Shown here: positions 1 to 12,000 of the stretch, in pieces
Layout: every line of letters starts with the position of its first letter
Position numbering within the stretch: position 1 is the stretch's first letter
DNA from: Thalia democratica
Taxonomy: Eukaryota
Reading direction: 5' to 3'
Length of the DNA stretch: 64,000 bases
NCBI GenBank assembly: GCA_965202585.1
Contig: OZ241828.1
Span: 45,446,001-45,510,000 of the forward strand
Program-made: the position numbers and the translations under genes
Notes under the pieces: model-generated
What the model was told of the DNA's origin: nothing
Database searches by the model: none
The model's input: the letters and a program-made list of their open reading frames with translations, nothing else

Positions 1-3000
1 GGTAAGGCCCACGCTGACGGCGAGACCGGATACGGCAAGGGCATGTACTACGGTCAACCATCCGGCATGATGTGGCCAGGAATGGACGGAAAGATCCACT
101 CTGATGCCGACGTCAACGCTCTCACCGGCGGAACCAAGATCATCTTCGGTGATGACAGCGACAAGGACGGCGAATACCCATACGGTACATTCAAGGCAAC
201 TCATGACGCTAAGGCTGCTTCAGACGCCGAAGCCTACGCTCCATTCGATGCAAACGGTGACTTCAAGGGAGGAGACTACTACGGCAAGGGCGGAAAGCAA
301 GGTATGATTGTTGTCGGAGGTGCCGATGTTGACGGTAAGGCCCACGCTGACGGCGAGACCGGATACGGCAAGGGCATGTACTACGGTCAACCATCCGGCA
401 TGATGTGGCCAGGAATGGACGGAAAGATCCACTCTGATGCCGACGTCAACGCTCTCACCGACGGAACCAAGATCATCTTCGGTGATGACAGCGACAAGGA
501 CAGCGAATACCCATACGGTACAATCAAGGCAACTAGTGACGCTAAGGCTGCTTCAGACGCCGAAGCCTACGCTCCATTCGATGCCCACGGTGACTTCAAG
601 GGAGGAGACTACTACGGCAAGGGCGGAAAGCAAGGTATGATTGTTGTCGGAGGTGCCGATGTTGACGGTAAGGCCCACGCTGACGGCGAGACCGGATACG
701 GCAAGGGCATGTACTACGGTCAACCATCCGGCATGATGTGGCCAGGAATGGACGGAAAGATCCACTCTGATGCCGACGTCAACGCTTTCACCGACGGAAC
801 CAAGATCATCTTCGGTGATGACAGCGACAAGGACGGCGAATACCCATACGGTACATTCAAGGCAACTGGTGACGCTAAGGCTGCTTCAGACGCCGAAGCC
901 TACGCTCCATTCGATGCCCACGGTGACTTCAAGGGAGGAGACTACTACGGCAAGGGCGGAAAGCAAGGTATGATTGTTGTCGGAGGTGCCGATGTTGACG
1001 GTAAGGCCCACGCTGACGGCGAGACCGGATACGGCAAGGGCATGTACTACGGTCAACCATCCGGCATGATGTGGCCAGGAATGGACGGAAAGATCCACTC
1101 TGATGCCGACGTCAACGCTCTCACCGACGGAACCAAGATCATCTTCGGTGATGACAGCGACAAGGACGGCGAATACCCATACGGTACATTCAAGGCAACT
1201 GGTGACGCTAAAGCTGCTTCAGACGCCGAAGCCTACGCTCCATTCGATGCCCACGGTGACTTCAAGGGAGGAGACTACTACGGCAAGGGCGGAAAGCAAG
1301 GTATGATTGTTGTCGGAGGTGCCGACGTTGACGGTAAGGCCCACGCTGACGGCGAGACCGGATACGGCAAGGGCATGTACTACGGTCAACCATCCGGCAT
1401 GATGTGGCCAGGAATGGACGGAAAGATCCACTCTGATGCCGACGTCAACGCTCTCACCGACGGAACCAAGATCATCTTCGGTGATGACAGCGACAAGGAC
1501 GGCGAATACCCATACGGTACATTCAAGGCAACTGGTGACGCTAAGGCTGCTTCAGACGCCGAAGCCTACGCTCCATTCGATGCCCACGGTGACTTCAAGG
1601 GAGGAGACTACTACGGCAAGGGCGGAAAGCAAGGTATGATTGTTGTCGGAGGTGCCGATGTTGACGGTAAGGCCCACGCTGACGGCGAGACCGGATACGG
1701 CAAGGGCATGTACTACGGTCAACCATCCGGCATGATGTGGCCAGGAATGGACGGAAAGATCCACTCTGATGCCGACGTCAACGCTCTCACCGACGGAACC
1801 AAGATCATCTTCGGTGATGACAGCGACAAGGACGGCTCATACCCATACGGTACATTCAAGGCAACTCATGACGCTAAGGCTGCTTCAGACGCCGAAGCCT
1901 ACGCTCCATTCGATGCCCACGGTGACTTCAAGGGAGGAGACTACTACGGCAAGGGCGGAAAGCAAGGTATGATTGTTGTCGGAGGTGCCGATGTTGACGG
2001 TAAGGCCCACGCTGACGGCGAGACCGGATACGGCAAGGGCATGTACTACGGTCAACCATCCGGAATGATGTGGCCAGGAATGGACGGAAAGATCCACTCT
2101 GACGCTGACGTCAACGCTCTCACCGACGGAACCAAGATCATCTTCGGTGATGACAGCGACAAGGACGGCGAATACCCATACGGTACAATCAAGGCAACTG
2201 GTGACGCTAAGGCTGCTTCAGACGCCGAAGCCTACGCTCCATTCGATGCCCACGGTGACTTCAAGGGAGGAGACTACTACGGCAAGGGCGGAAAGCAAGG
2301 TATGATTGTTGTCGGAGGTGCCGATGTTGACGGTAAGGCCCACGCTGACGGCGAGACCGGATACGGCAAGGGCATGTACTACGGTCAACCATCCGGAATG
2401 ATGTGGCCAGGAATGGACGGAAAGATCCACTCTGACGCTGACGTCAACGCTCTCACCGACGGAGCCAAGATCATCTTCGGTGATGACAGCGACAAGGACG
2501 GCGAATACCCATACGGTACATTCAAGGCAACTGGTGACGCTAAGGCTGCTTCAGACGCCGAAGCCTACGCTCCATTCGATGCCCACGGTGACTTCAAGGG
2601 AGGAGACTACTACGGCAAGGGCGGAAAGCAAGGTATGATTGTTGTCGGAGGTGCCGATGTTGACGGTAAGGCCCACGCTGACGGCGAGACCGGATACGGC
2701 AAGGGCATGTACTACGGTCAACCATCCGGAATGATGTGGCCAGGAATGGACGGAAAGATCCACTCTGATGCCGACGTCAACGCTCTCACCGACGGAACCA
2801 AGATCATCTTCGGTGATGACAGCGACAAGGACGGCGAATACCCATACGGTACATTCAAGGCAACTCATGACGCTAAGGCTGCTTCAGACGCCGAAGCCTA
2901 CGCTCCATTCGATGCCCACGTTGACTTCAAGGGAGGAGACTACTACGGCAAGGGCGGAAAGCAAGGTATGATTGTTGTCGGAGGTGCCGATGTTGACGGT

Positions 3001-6000
3001 AAGGCCCACGCTGACGGCGAGACCGGATACGGCAAGGGCATGTACTACGGTCAACCATCCGGAATGATGTGGCCAGGAATGGACGGAAAGATCCACTCTG
3101 ACGCTGACGTCAACGCTCTCACCGACGGAACCAAGATCATCTTCGGTGATGACAGCGACAAGGACGGCGAATACCCATACGGTACATTCAAGGCAACTCA
3201 TGACGCTAAGGCTGCTTCAGACGCCGAAGCCTACGCTCCATTCGATGCCCACGGTGACTTCAAGGGAGGAGACTACTACGGCAAGGGCGGAAAGCAAGGT
3301 ATGATTGTTGTCGGAGGTGCCGATGTTGACGGTAAGGCCCACGCTGACGGCGAGACCGGATACGGCAAGGGCATGTACTACGGTCAACCATCCGGCATGA
3401 TGTGGCCAGGAATGGACGGAAATATCCACTCTGATGCCGACGTCAACGCTCTCACCGACGGAACCAAGGTCATCTTCGGTGATGACAGCGGCAAGGACGG
3501 CGAATACCCATACGGTACATTCAAGGCAACTCATGACGCTAAGGCTGCTTCAGACGCCGAAGCCTACGCTCCATTCGATGCCCACGGTGACTTCAAGGGA
3601 GGAGACTACTACGGCAAGGGCGGAAAGCAAGGTATGATTGTTGTCGGAGGTGCCGATGTTGACGGTAAGGCCCACGCTGACGGCGAGACCGGATACGGCA
3701 AGGGCATGTACTACGGTCAACCATCCGGCATGATGTGGCCAGGAATGGACGGAAAGATCCACTCTGATGCCGACGTCAACGCTCTCACCGACGGAACCAA
3801 GATCATCTTCGGTGATGACAGCGACAAGGACGGCGAATACCCATACGGTACATTCAAGGCAACTCATGACGCTAAAGCTGCTTCAGACGCCGAAGCCTAC
3901 GCTCCATTCGATGCCCACGGTGACTTCAAGGGAGGAGACTACTACGGCAAGGGCGAAAAGCAAGGTATGATTGTTGTCGGAGGTGCCGATGTTGACGGTA
4001 AGGCCCACGCTGACGGCGAGACCGGATACGGCAAGGGCATGTACTACGGTCAACCATCCGGCATGATGTGGCCAGGAATGGACGGAAAGATCCACTCTGA
4101 TGCCGACGTCAACGCTCTCACCGACGGAACCAAGATCATCTTCGGTGATGACAGCGACAAGGACGGCGAATACCCATACGGTACATTCAAGGCAACTGGT
4201 GACGCTAAGGCTGCTTCAGACGCCGAAGCCTACGCTCCATTCGATGCCCACGGTGACTTCAAGGGAGGAGACTACTACGGCAAGGGCGGAAAGCAAGGTA
4301 TGATTGTTGTCGGAGGTGCCGATGTTGACGGTAAGGCCCACGCTGACGGCGAGACCGGATACGGCAAGGGCATGTACTACGGTCAACCATCCGGCATGAT
4401 GTGGCCAGGAATGGACGGAAAGATCCACTCTGACGCTGACGTCAACGCTCTCACCGACGGAACCAAGATCATCTTCGGTGATGACAGCGACAAGGACGGC
4501 TCATACCCATACGGTACATTCAAGGCAACTGGTGACGCTAAGGCTGCTTCAGACGCCGAAGCCTACGCTCCATTCGATGCCCACGGTGACTTCAAGGGAG
4601 GAGACTATTACGGCAAGGGCGGAAAGCAAGGTATGATTGTTGTCGGAGGTGCCGATGTTGACGGTAAGGCCCACGCTGATGGCGAGACCGGATACGGCAA
4701 GGGCATGTACTACGGTCAACCATCCGGCATGATGTGGCCAGGAATGGACGGAAAGATCCACTCTGATGCCGACGTCAACGCTCTCACCGACGGAACCAAG
4801 ATCATCTTCGGTGATGACAGCGACAAGGACGGCGAATACCCATACGGTACATTCAAGGCAACTGGTGACGCTAAAGCTGCTTCAGACGCCGAAGCCTACG
4901 CTCCATTCGATGCCCACGGTGACTTCAAGGGAGGAGACTACTACGGCAAGGGCGGAAAGCAAGGTATGATTGTTGTCGGAGGTGCCGACGTTGACGGTAA
5001 GGCCCACGCTGACGGCGAGACCGGATACGGCAAGGGCATGTACTACGGTCAACCATCCGGCATGATGTGGCCAGGAATGGACGGAAATATCCACTCTGAT
5101 GCCGACGTCAACGCTCTCACCGACGGAACCAAGATCATCTTCGGTGATGACAGCGACAAGGCCGGCTCATACCCATACGGTACATTCAAGGCAACTGGTG
5201 ACGCTAAGGCTGCTTCAGACGCCGAAGCCTACGCTCCATTCGATGCCCACGGTGACTTCAAGGGAGGAGACTACTACGGCAAGGGCGGAAAGCAAGGTAT
5301 GATTGTTGTCGGAGGTGCCGATGTTGACGGTAAGGCCCACGCTGACGGCGAGACCGGATACGGCAAGGGCATGTACTACGGTCAACCATCCGGCATGATG
5401 TGGCCAGGAATGGACGGAAAGATCCACTCTGATGCCGACGTCAACGCTCTCACCGACGGAACCAAGATCATCTTCGGTGATGACAGCGACAAGGACGGCG
5501 AATACCCATACGGTACATTCAAGGCAACTCATGACGCTAAGGCTGCTTCAGACGCCGAAGCCTACGCACCATTCGATGCCCACGGTGACTTCAAGGGAGG
5601 AGACTACTACGGCAAGGGCGGAAAGCAAGGTATGATTGTTGTCGGAGGTGCCGATGTTGACGGTAAGGCCCACGCTGACGGCGAGACCGGATACGGCAAG
5701 GGCATGTACTACGGTCAACCATCCGGCATGATGTGGCCAGGAATGGACGGAAAGATCCACTCTGATGCCGACGTCAACGCTCTCACCGACGGAACCAAGA
5801 TCATCTTCGGTGATGACAGCGACAAGGACGGCGAATACCCATACGGTACATTCAAGGCAACTGGTGACGCTAAGGCTGCTTCAGACGCCGAAGCCTACGC
5901 TCCATTCGATGCCCACGGTGACTTCAAGGGAGGAGACTACTACGGCAAGGGCGGAAAGCAAGGTATGATTGTTGTCGGAGGTGCCGATGTTGACGGTAAG

Positions 6001-9000
6001 GCCCACGCTGACGGCGAGACCGGATACGGCAAGGGCATGTACTACGGTCAACCATCCGGCATGATGTGGCCAGGAATGGACGGAAAGATCCACTCTGATG
6101 CCGACGTCAACGCTCTCACCGACGGAACCAAGATCATCTTCGGTGATGACAGCGACAAGGACGGCTCATACCCATACGGTACATTCAAGGCAACTCATGA
6201 CGCTAAGGCTGCTTCAGACGCCGAAGCCTACGCTCCATTCGATGCCCACGGTGACTTCAAGGGAGGAGACTACTACGGCAAGGGCGGAAAGCAAGGTATG
6301 ATTGTTGTCGGAGGTGCCGATGTTGACGGTAAGGCCCACGCTGACGGCGAGACCGGATACGGCAAGGGCATGTACTACGGTCAACCATCCGGAATGATGT
6401 GGCCAGGAATGGACGGAAAGATCCACTCTGACGCTGACGTCAACGCTCTCACCGACGGAACCAAGATCATCTTCGGTGATGACAGCGACAAGGACGGCGA
6501 ATACCCATACGGTACAATCAAGGCAACTGGTGACGCTAAGGCTGCTTCAGACGCCGAAGCCTACGCTCCATTCGATGCCCACGGTGACTTCAAGGGAGGA
6601 GACTACTACGGCAAGGGCGGAAAGCAAGGTATGATTGTTGTCGGAGGTGCCGATGTTGACGGTAAGGCCCACGCTGACGGCGAGACCGGATACGGCAAGG
6701 GCATGTACTACGGTCAACCATCCGGAATGATGTGGCCAGGAATGGACGGAAAGATCCACTCTGACGCTGACGTCAACGCTCTCACCGACGGAGCCAAGAT
6801 CATCTTCGGTGATGACAGCGACAAGGACGGCGAATACCCATACGGTACATTCAAGGCAACTGGTGACGCTAAGGCTGCTTCAGACGCCGAAGCCTACGCT
6901 CCATTCGATGCCCACGGTGACTTCAAGGGAGGAGACTACTACGGCAAGGGCGGAAAGCAAGGTATGATTGTTGTCGGAGGTGCCGATGTTGACGGTAAGG
7001 CCCACGCTGACGGCGAGACCGGATACGGCAAGGGCATGTACTACGGTCAACCATCCGGAATGATGTGGCCAGGAATGGACGGAAAGATCCACTCTGATGC
7101 CGACGTCAACGCTCTCACCGACGGAACCAAGATCATCTTCGGTGATGACAGCGACAAGGACGGCGAATACCCATACGGTACATTCAAGGCAACTCATGAC
7201 GCTAAGGCTGCTTCAGACGCCGAAGCCTACGCTCCATTCGATGCCCACGTTGACTTCAAGGGAGGAGACTACTACGGCAAGGGCGGAAAGCAAGGTATGA
7301 TTGTTGTCGGAGGTGCCGATGTTGACGGTAAGGCCCACGCTGACGGCGAGACCGGATACGGCAAGGGCATGTACTACGGTCAACCATCCGGAATGATGTG
7401 GCCAGGAATGGACGGAAAGATCCACTCTGACGCTGACGTCAACGCTCTCACCGACGGAACCAAGATCATCTTCGGTGATGACAGCGACAAGGACGGCGAA
7501 TACCCATACGGTACATTCAAGGCAACTCATGACGCTAAGGCTGCTTCAGACGCCGAAGCCTACGCTCCATTCGATGCCCACGGTGACTTCAAGGGAGGAG
7601 ACTACTACGGCAAGGGCGGAAAGCAAGGTATGATTGTTGTCGGAGGTGCCGATGTTGACGGTAAGGCCCACGCTGACGGCGAGACCGGATACGGCAAGGG
7701 CATGTACTACGGTCAACCATCCGGCATGATGTGGCCAGGAATGGACGGAAATATCCACTCTGATGCCGACGTCAACGCTCTCACCGACGGAACCAAGGTC
7801 ATCTTCGGTGATGACAGCGGCAAGGACGGCGAATACCCATACGGTACATTCAAGGCAACTCATGACGCTAAGGCTGCTTCAGACGCCGAAGCCTACGCTC
7901 CATTCGATGCCCACGGTGACTTCAAGGGAGGAGACTACTACGGCAAGGGCGGAAAGCAAGGTATGATTGTTGTCGGAGGTGCCGATGTTGACGGTAAGGC
8001 CCACGCTGACGGCGAGACCGGATACGGCAAGGGCATGTACTACGGTCAACCATCCGGCATGATGTGGCCAGGAATGGACGGAAAGATCCACTCTGATGCC
8101 GACGTCAACGCTCTCACCGACGGAACCAAGATCATCTTCGGTGATGACAGCGACAAGGACGGCGAATACCCATACGGTACATTCAAGGCAACTCATGACG
8201 CTAAAGCTGCTTCAGACGCCGAAGCCTACGCTCCATTCGATGCCCACGGTGACTTCAAGGGAGGAGACTACTACGGCAAGGGCGAAAAGCAAGGTATGAT
8301 TGTTGTCGGAGGTGCCGATGTTGACGGTAAGGCCCACGCTGACGGCGAGACCGGATACGGCAAGGGCATGTACTACGGTCAACCATCCGGCATGATGTGG
8401 CCAGGAATGGACGGAAAGATCCACTCTGATGCCGACGTCAACGCTCTCACCGACGGAACCAAGATCATCTTCGGTGATGACAGCGACAAGGACGGCGAAT
8501 ACCCATACGGTACATTCAAGGCAACTGGTGACGCTAAGGCTGCTTCAGACGCCGAAGCCTACGCTCCATTCGATGCCCACGGTGACTTCAAGGGAGGAGA
8601 CTACTACGGCAAGGGCGGAAAGCAAGGTATGATTGTTGTCGGAGGTGCCGATGTTGACGGTAAGGCCCACGCTGACGGCGAGACCGGATACGGCAAGGGC
8701 ATGTACTACGGTCAACCATCCGGCATGATGTGGCCAGGAATGGACGGAAAGATCCACTCTGACGCTGACGTCAACGCTCTCACCGACGGAACCAAGATCA
8801 TCTTCGGTGATGACAGCGACAAGGACGGCTCATACCCATACGGTACATTCAAGGCAACTGGTGACGCTAAGGCTGCTTCAGACGCCGAAGCCTACGCTCC
8901 ATTCGATGCCCACGGTGACTTCAAGGGAGGAGACTATTACGGCAAGGGCGGAAAGCAAGGTATGATTGTTGTCGGAGGTGCCGATGTTGACGGTAAGGCC

Positions 9001-12000
9001 CACGCTGATGGCGAGACCGGATACGGCAAGGGCATGTACTACGGTCAACCATCCGGCATGATGTGGCCAGGAATGGACGGAAAGATCCACTCTGATGCCG
9101 ACGTCAACGCTCTCACCGACGGAACCAAGATCATCTTCGGTGATGACAGCGACAAGGACGGCGAATACCCATACGGTACATTCAAGGCAACTGGTGACGC
9201 TAAAGCTGCTTCAGACGCCGAAGCCTACGCTCCATTCGATGCCCACGGTGACTTCAAGGGAGGAGACTACTACGGCAAGGGCGGAAAGCAAGGTATGATT
9301 GTTGTCGGAGGTGCCGACGTTGACGGTAAGGCCCACGCTGACGGCGAGACCGGATACGGCAAGGGCATGTACTACGGTCAACCATCCGGCATGATGTGGC
9401 CAGGAATGGACGGAAATATCCACTCTGATGCCGACGTCAACGCTCTCACCGACGGAACCAAGATCATCTTCGGTGATGACAGCGACAAGGCCGGCTCATA
9501 CCCATACGGTACATTCAAGGCAACTGGTGACGCTAAGGCTGCTTCAGACGCCGAAGCCTACGCTCCATTCGATGCCCACGGTGACTTCAAGGGAGGAGAC
9601 TACTACGGCAAGGGCGGAAAGCAAGGTATGATTGTTGTCGGAGGTGCCGATGTTGACGGTAAGGCCCACGCTGACGGCGAGACCGGATACGGCAAGGGCA
9701 TGTACTACGGTCAACCATCCGGCATGATGTGGCCAGGAATGGACGGAAAGATCCACTCTGATGCCGACGTCAACGCTCTCACCGACGGAACCAAGATCAT
9801 CTTCGGTGATGACAGCGACAAGGACGGCGAATACCCATACGGTACATTCAAGGCAACTCATGACGCTAAGGCTGCTTCAGACGCCGAAGCCTACGCACCA
9901 TTCGATGCCCACGGTGACTTCAAGGGAGGAGACTACTACGGCAAGGGCGGAAAGCAAGGTATGATTGTTGTCGGAGGTGCCGATGTTGACGGTAAGGCCC
10001 ACGCTGACGGCGAGACCGGATACGGCAAGGGCATGTACTACGGTCAACCATCCGGCATGATGTGGCCAGGAATGGACGGAAAGATCCACTCTGATGCCGA
10101 CGTCAACGCTCTCACCGACGGAACCAAGATCATCTTCGGTGATGACAGCGACAAGGACGGCGAATACCCATACGGTACATTCAAGGCAACTGGTGACGCT
10201 AAAGCTGCTTCAGACGCCGAAGCCTACGCTCCATTCGATGCCCACGGTGACTTCAAGGGAGGATACTACTACGGCAAGGGCGGAAAGCAAGATATGATTG
10301 TTGTCGGAGGTGCCGATGTTGACGGTAAGGCCCACGCTGACGGCGAGACCGGATACGGCAAGGGCATGTACTACGGTCAACCATCCGGCATGATGTGGCC
10401 AGGAATGGACGGAAAGATCCACTCTGATGCCGACGTCAACGCTCTCACCGACGGAACCAAGATCATCTTCGGTGATGACAGCGACAAGGACGGCTCATAC
10501 CCATACGGTACATTCAAGGCAACTCATGACTCAAAGGCTGCTTCAGACGCCGAAGCCTACGCTCCATTCGATGCCCACGGTGACTTCAAGGGAGGAGACT
10601 ACTACGGCAAGGGCGGAAAGCAAGGTATGATTGTTGTCGGAGGTGCCGATGTTGACGGTAAGGCCCACGCTGACGGCGAGACCGGATACGGCAAGGGCAT
10701 GTACTACGGTCAACCATCCGGCATGATGTGGCCAGGAATGGACGGAAAGATCCACTCTGATGCCGACGTCAACGCTCTCACCGACGGAACCAAGATCATC
10801 TTCGGTGATGACAGCGACAAGGACGGCGAATACCCATACGGTACATTCAAGGCAACTGGTAACGCTAAAGCTGCTTCAGACGCCGAAGCCTACGCTCCAT
10901 TCGATGCCCACGGTGACTTCAAGGGAGGAGACTACTACGGCAAGGGCGGAAAGCAAGGTATGATTGTTGTCGGAGGTGCCGACGTTGACGGTAAGGCCCA
11001 CGCTGACGGCGAGACCGGATACGGCAAGGGCATGTACTACGGTCAACCATCCGGCATGATGTGGCCAGGAATGGACGGAAAGATCCACTCTGACGCTGAC
11101 GTCAACGCTCTCACCGACGGAACCAAGATCATCTTCGGTGATGACAGCGACAAGGCCGGCTCATACCCATACGGTACATTCAAGGCAACTGGTGACGCTA
11201 AGGCTGCTTCAGACGCCGAAGCCTACGCTCCATTCGATGCCCACGGTGACTTCAAGGGAGGAGACTACTACGGCAAGGGCGGAAAGCAAGGTATGATTGT
11301 TGTCGGAGGTGCCGATGTTGACGGTAAGGCCCACGCTGACGGCGAGACCGGATACGGCAAGGGCATGTACTACGGTCAACCATCCGGCATGATGTGGCCA
11401 GGAATGGACGGAAAGATCCACTCTGACGCTGATGTCAACGCTCTCACCGACGGAACCAAGATCATCTTCGGTGATGACAGCGACAAGGACGGCGAATACC
11501 CATACGGTACATTCAAGGCAACTCATGACGCTAAGGCTGCTTCAGACGCCGAAGCCTTTGCTCCATTCGATGCCCACGGTGACTTCAAGGGAGGAGACTA
11601 CTACGGCAAGGGCGGAAAGCAAGGTATGATTGTTGTCGGAGGTTCCGATGTTGACGGTAAGGCCCACGCTGACGGCGAGACCGGATACGGCAAGGGCATG
11701 TACTACGGTCAACCATCCGGCATGATGTGGCCAGGAATGGACGGAAAGATCCACTCTGATGCCGACGTCAACGCTCTCACCGACGGAACCAAGATCATCT
11801 TCGGTGATGACAGCGACAAGGACGTTGAATACCCATACGGTACATTCAAGGCAACTGGTGACGCTAAGGCTGCTTCAGACGCCGAAGCCTACGCTCCATT
11901 CGATGTCCACGGTGACTTCAAGGGAGGAGATAACTACGGCAAGGACGGCAAGCAAGGTATGATTGTTGTCGGAGGTGCCGATGTTGACGGTAAGACCTAC

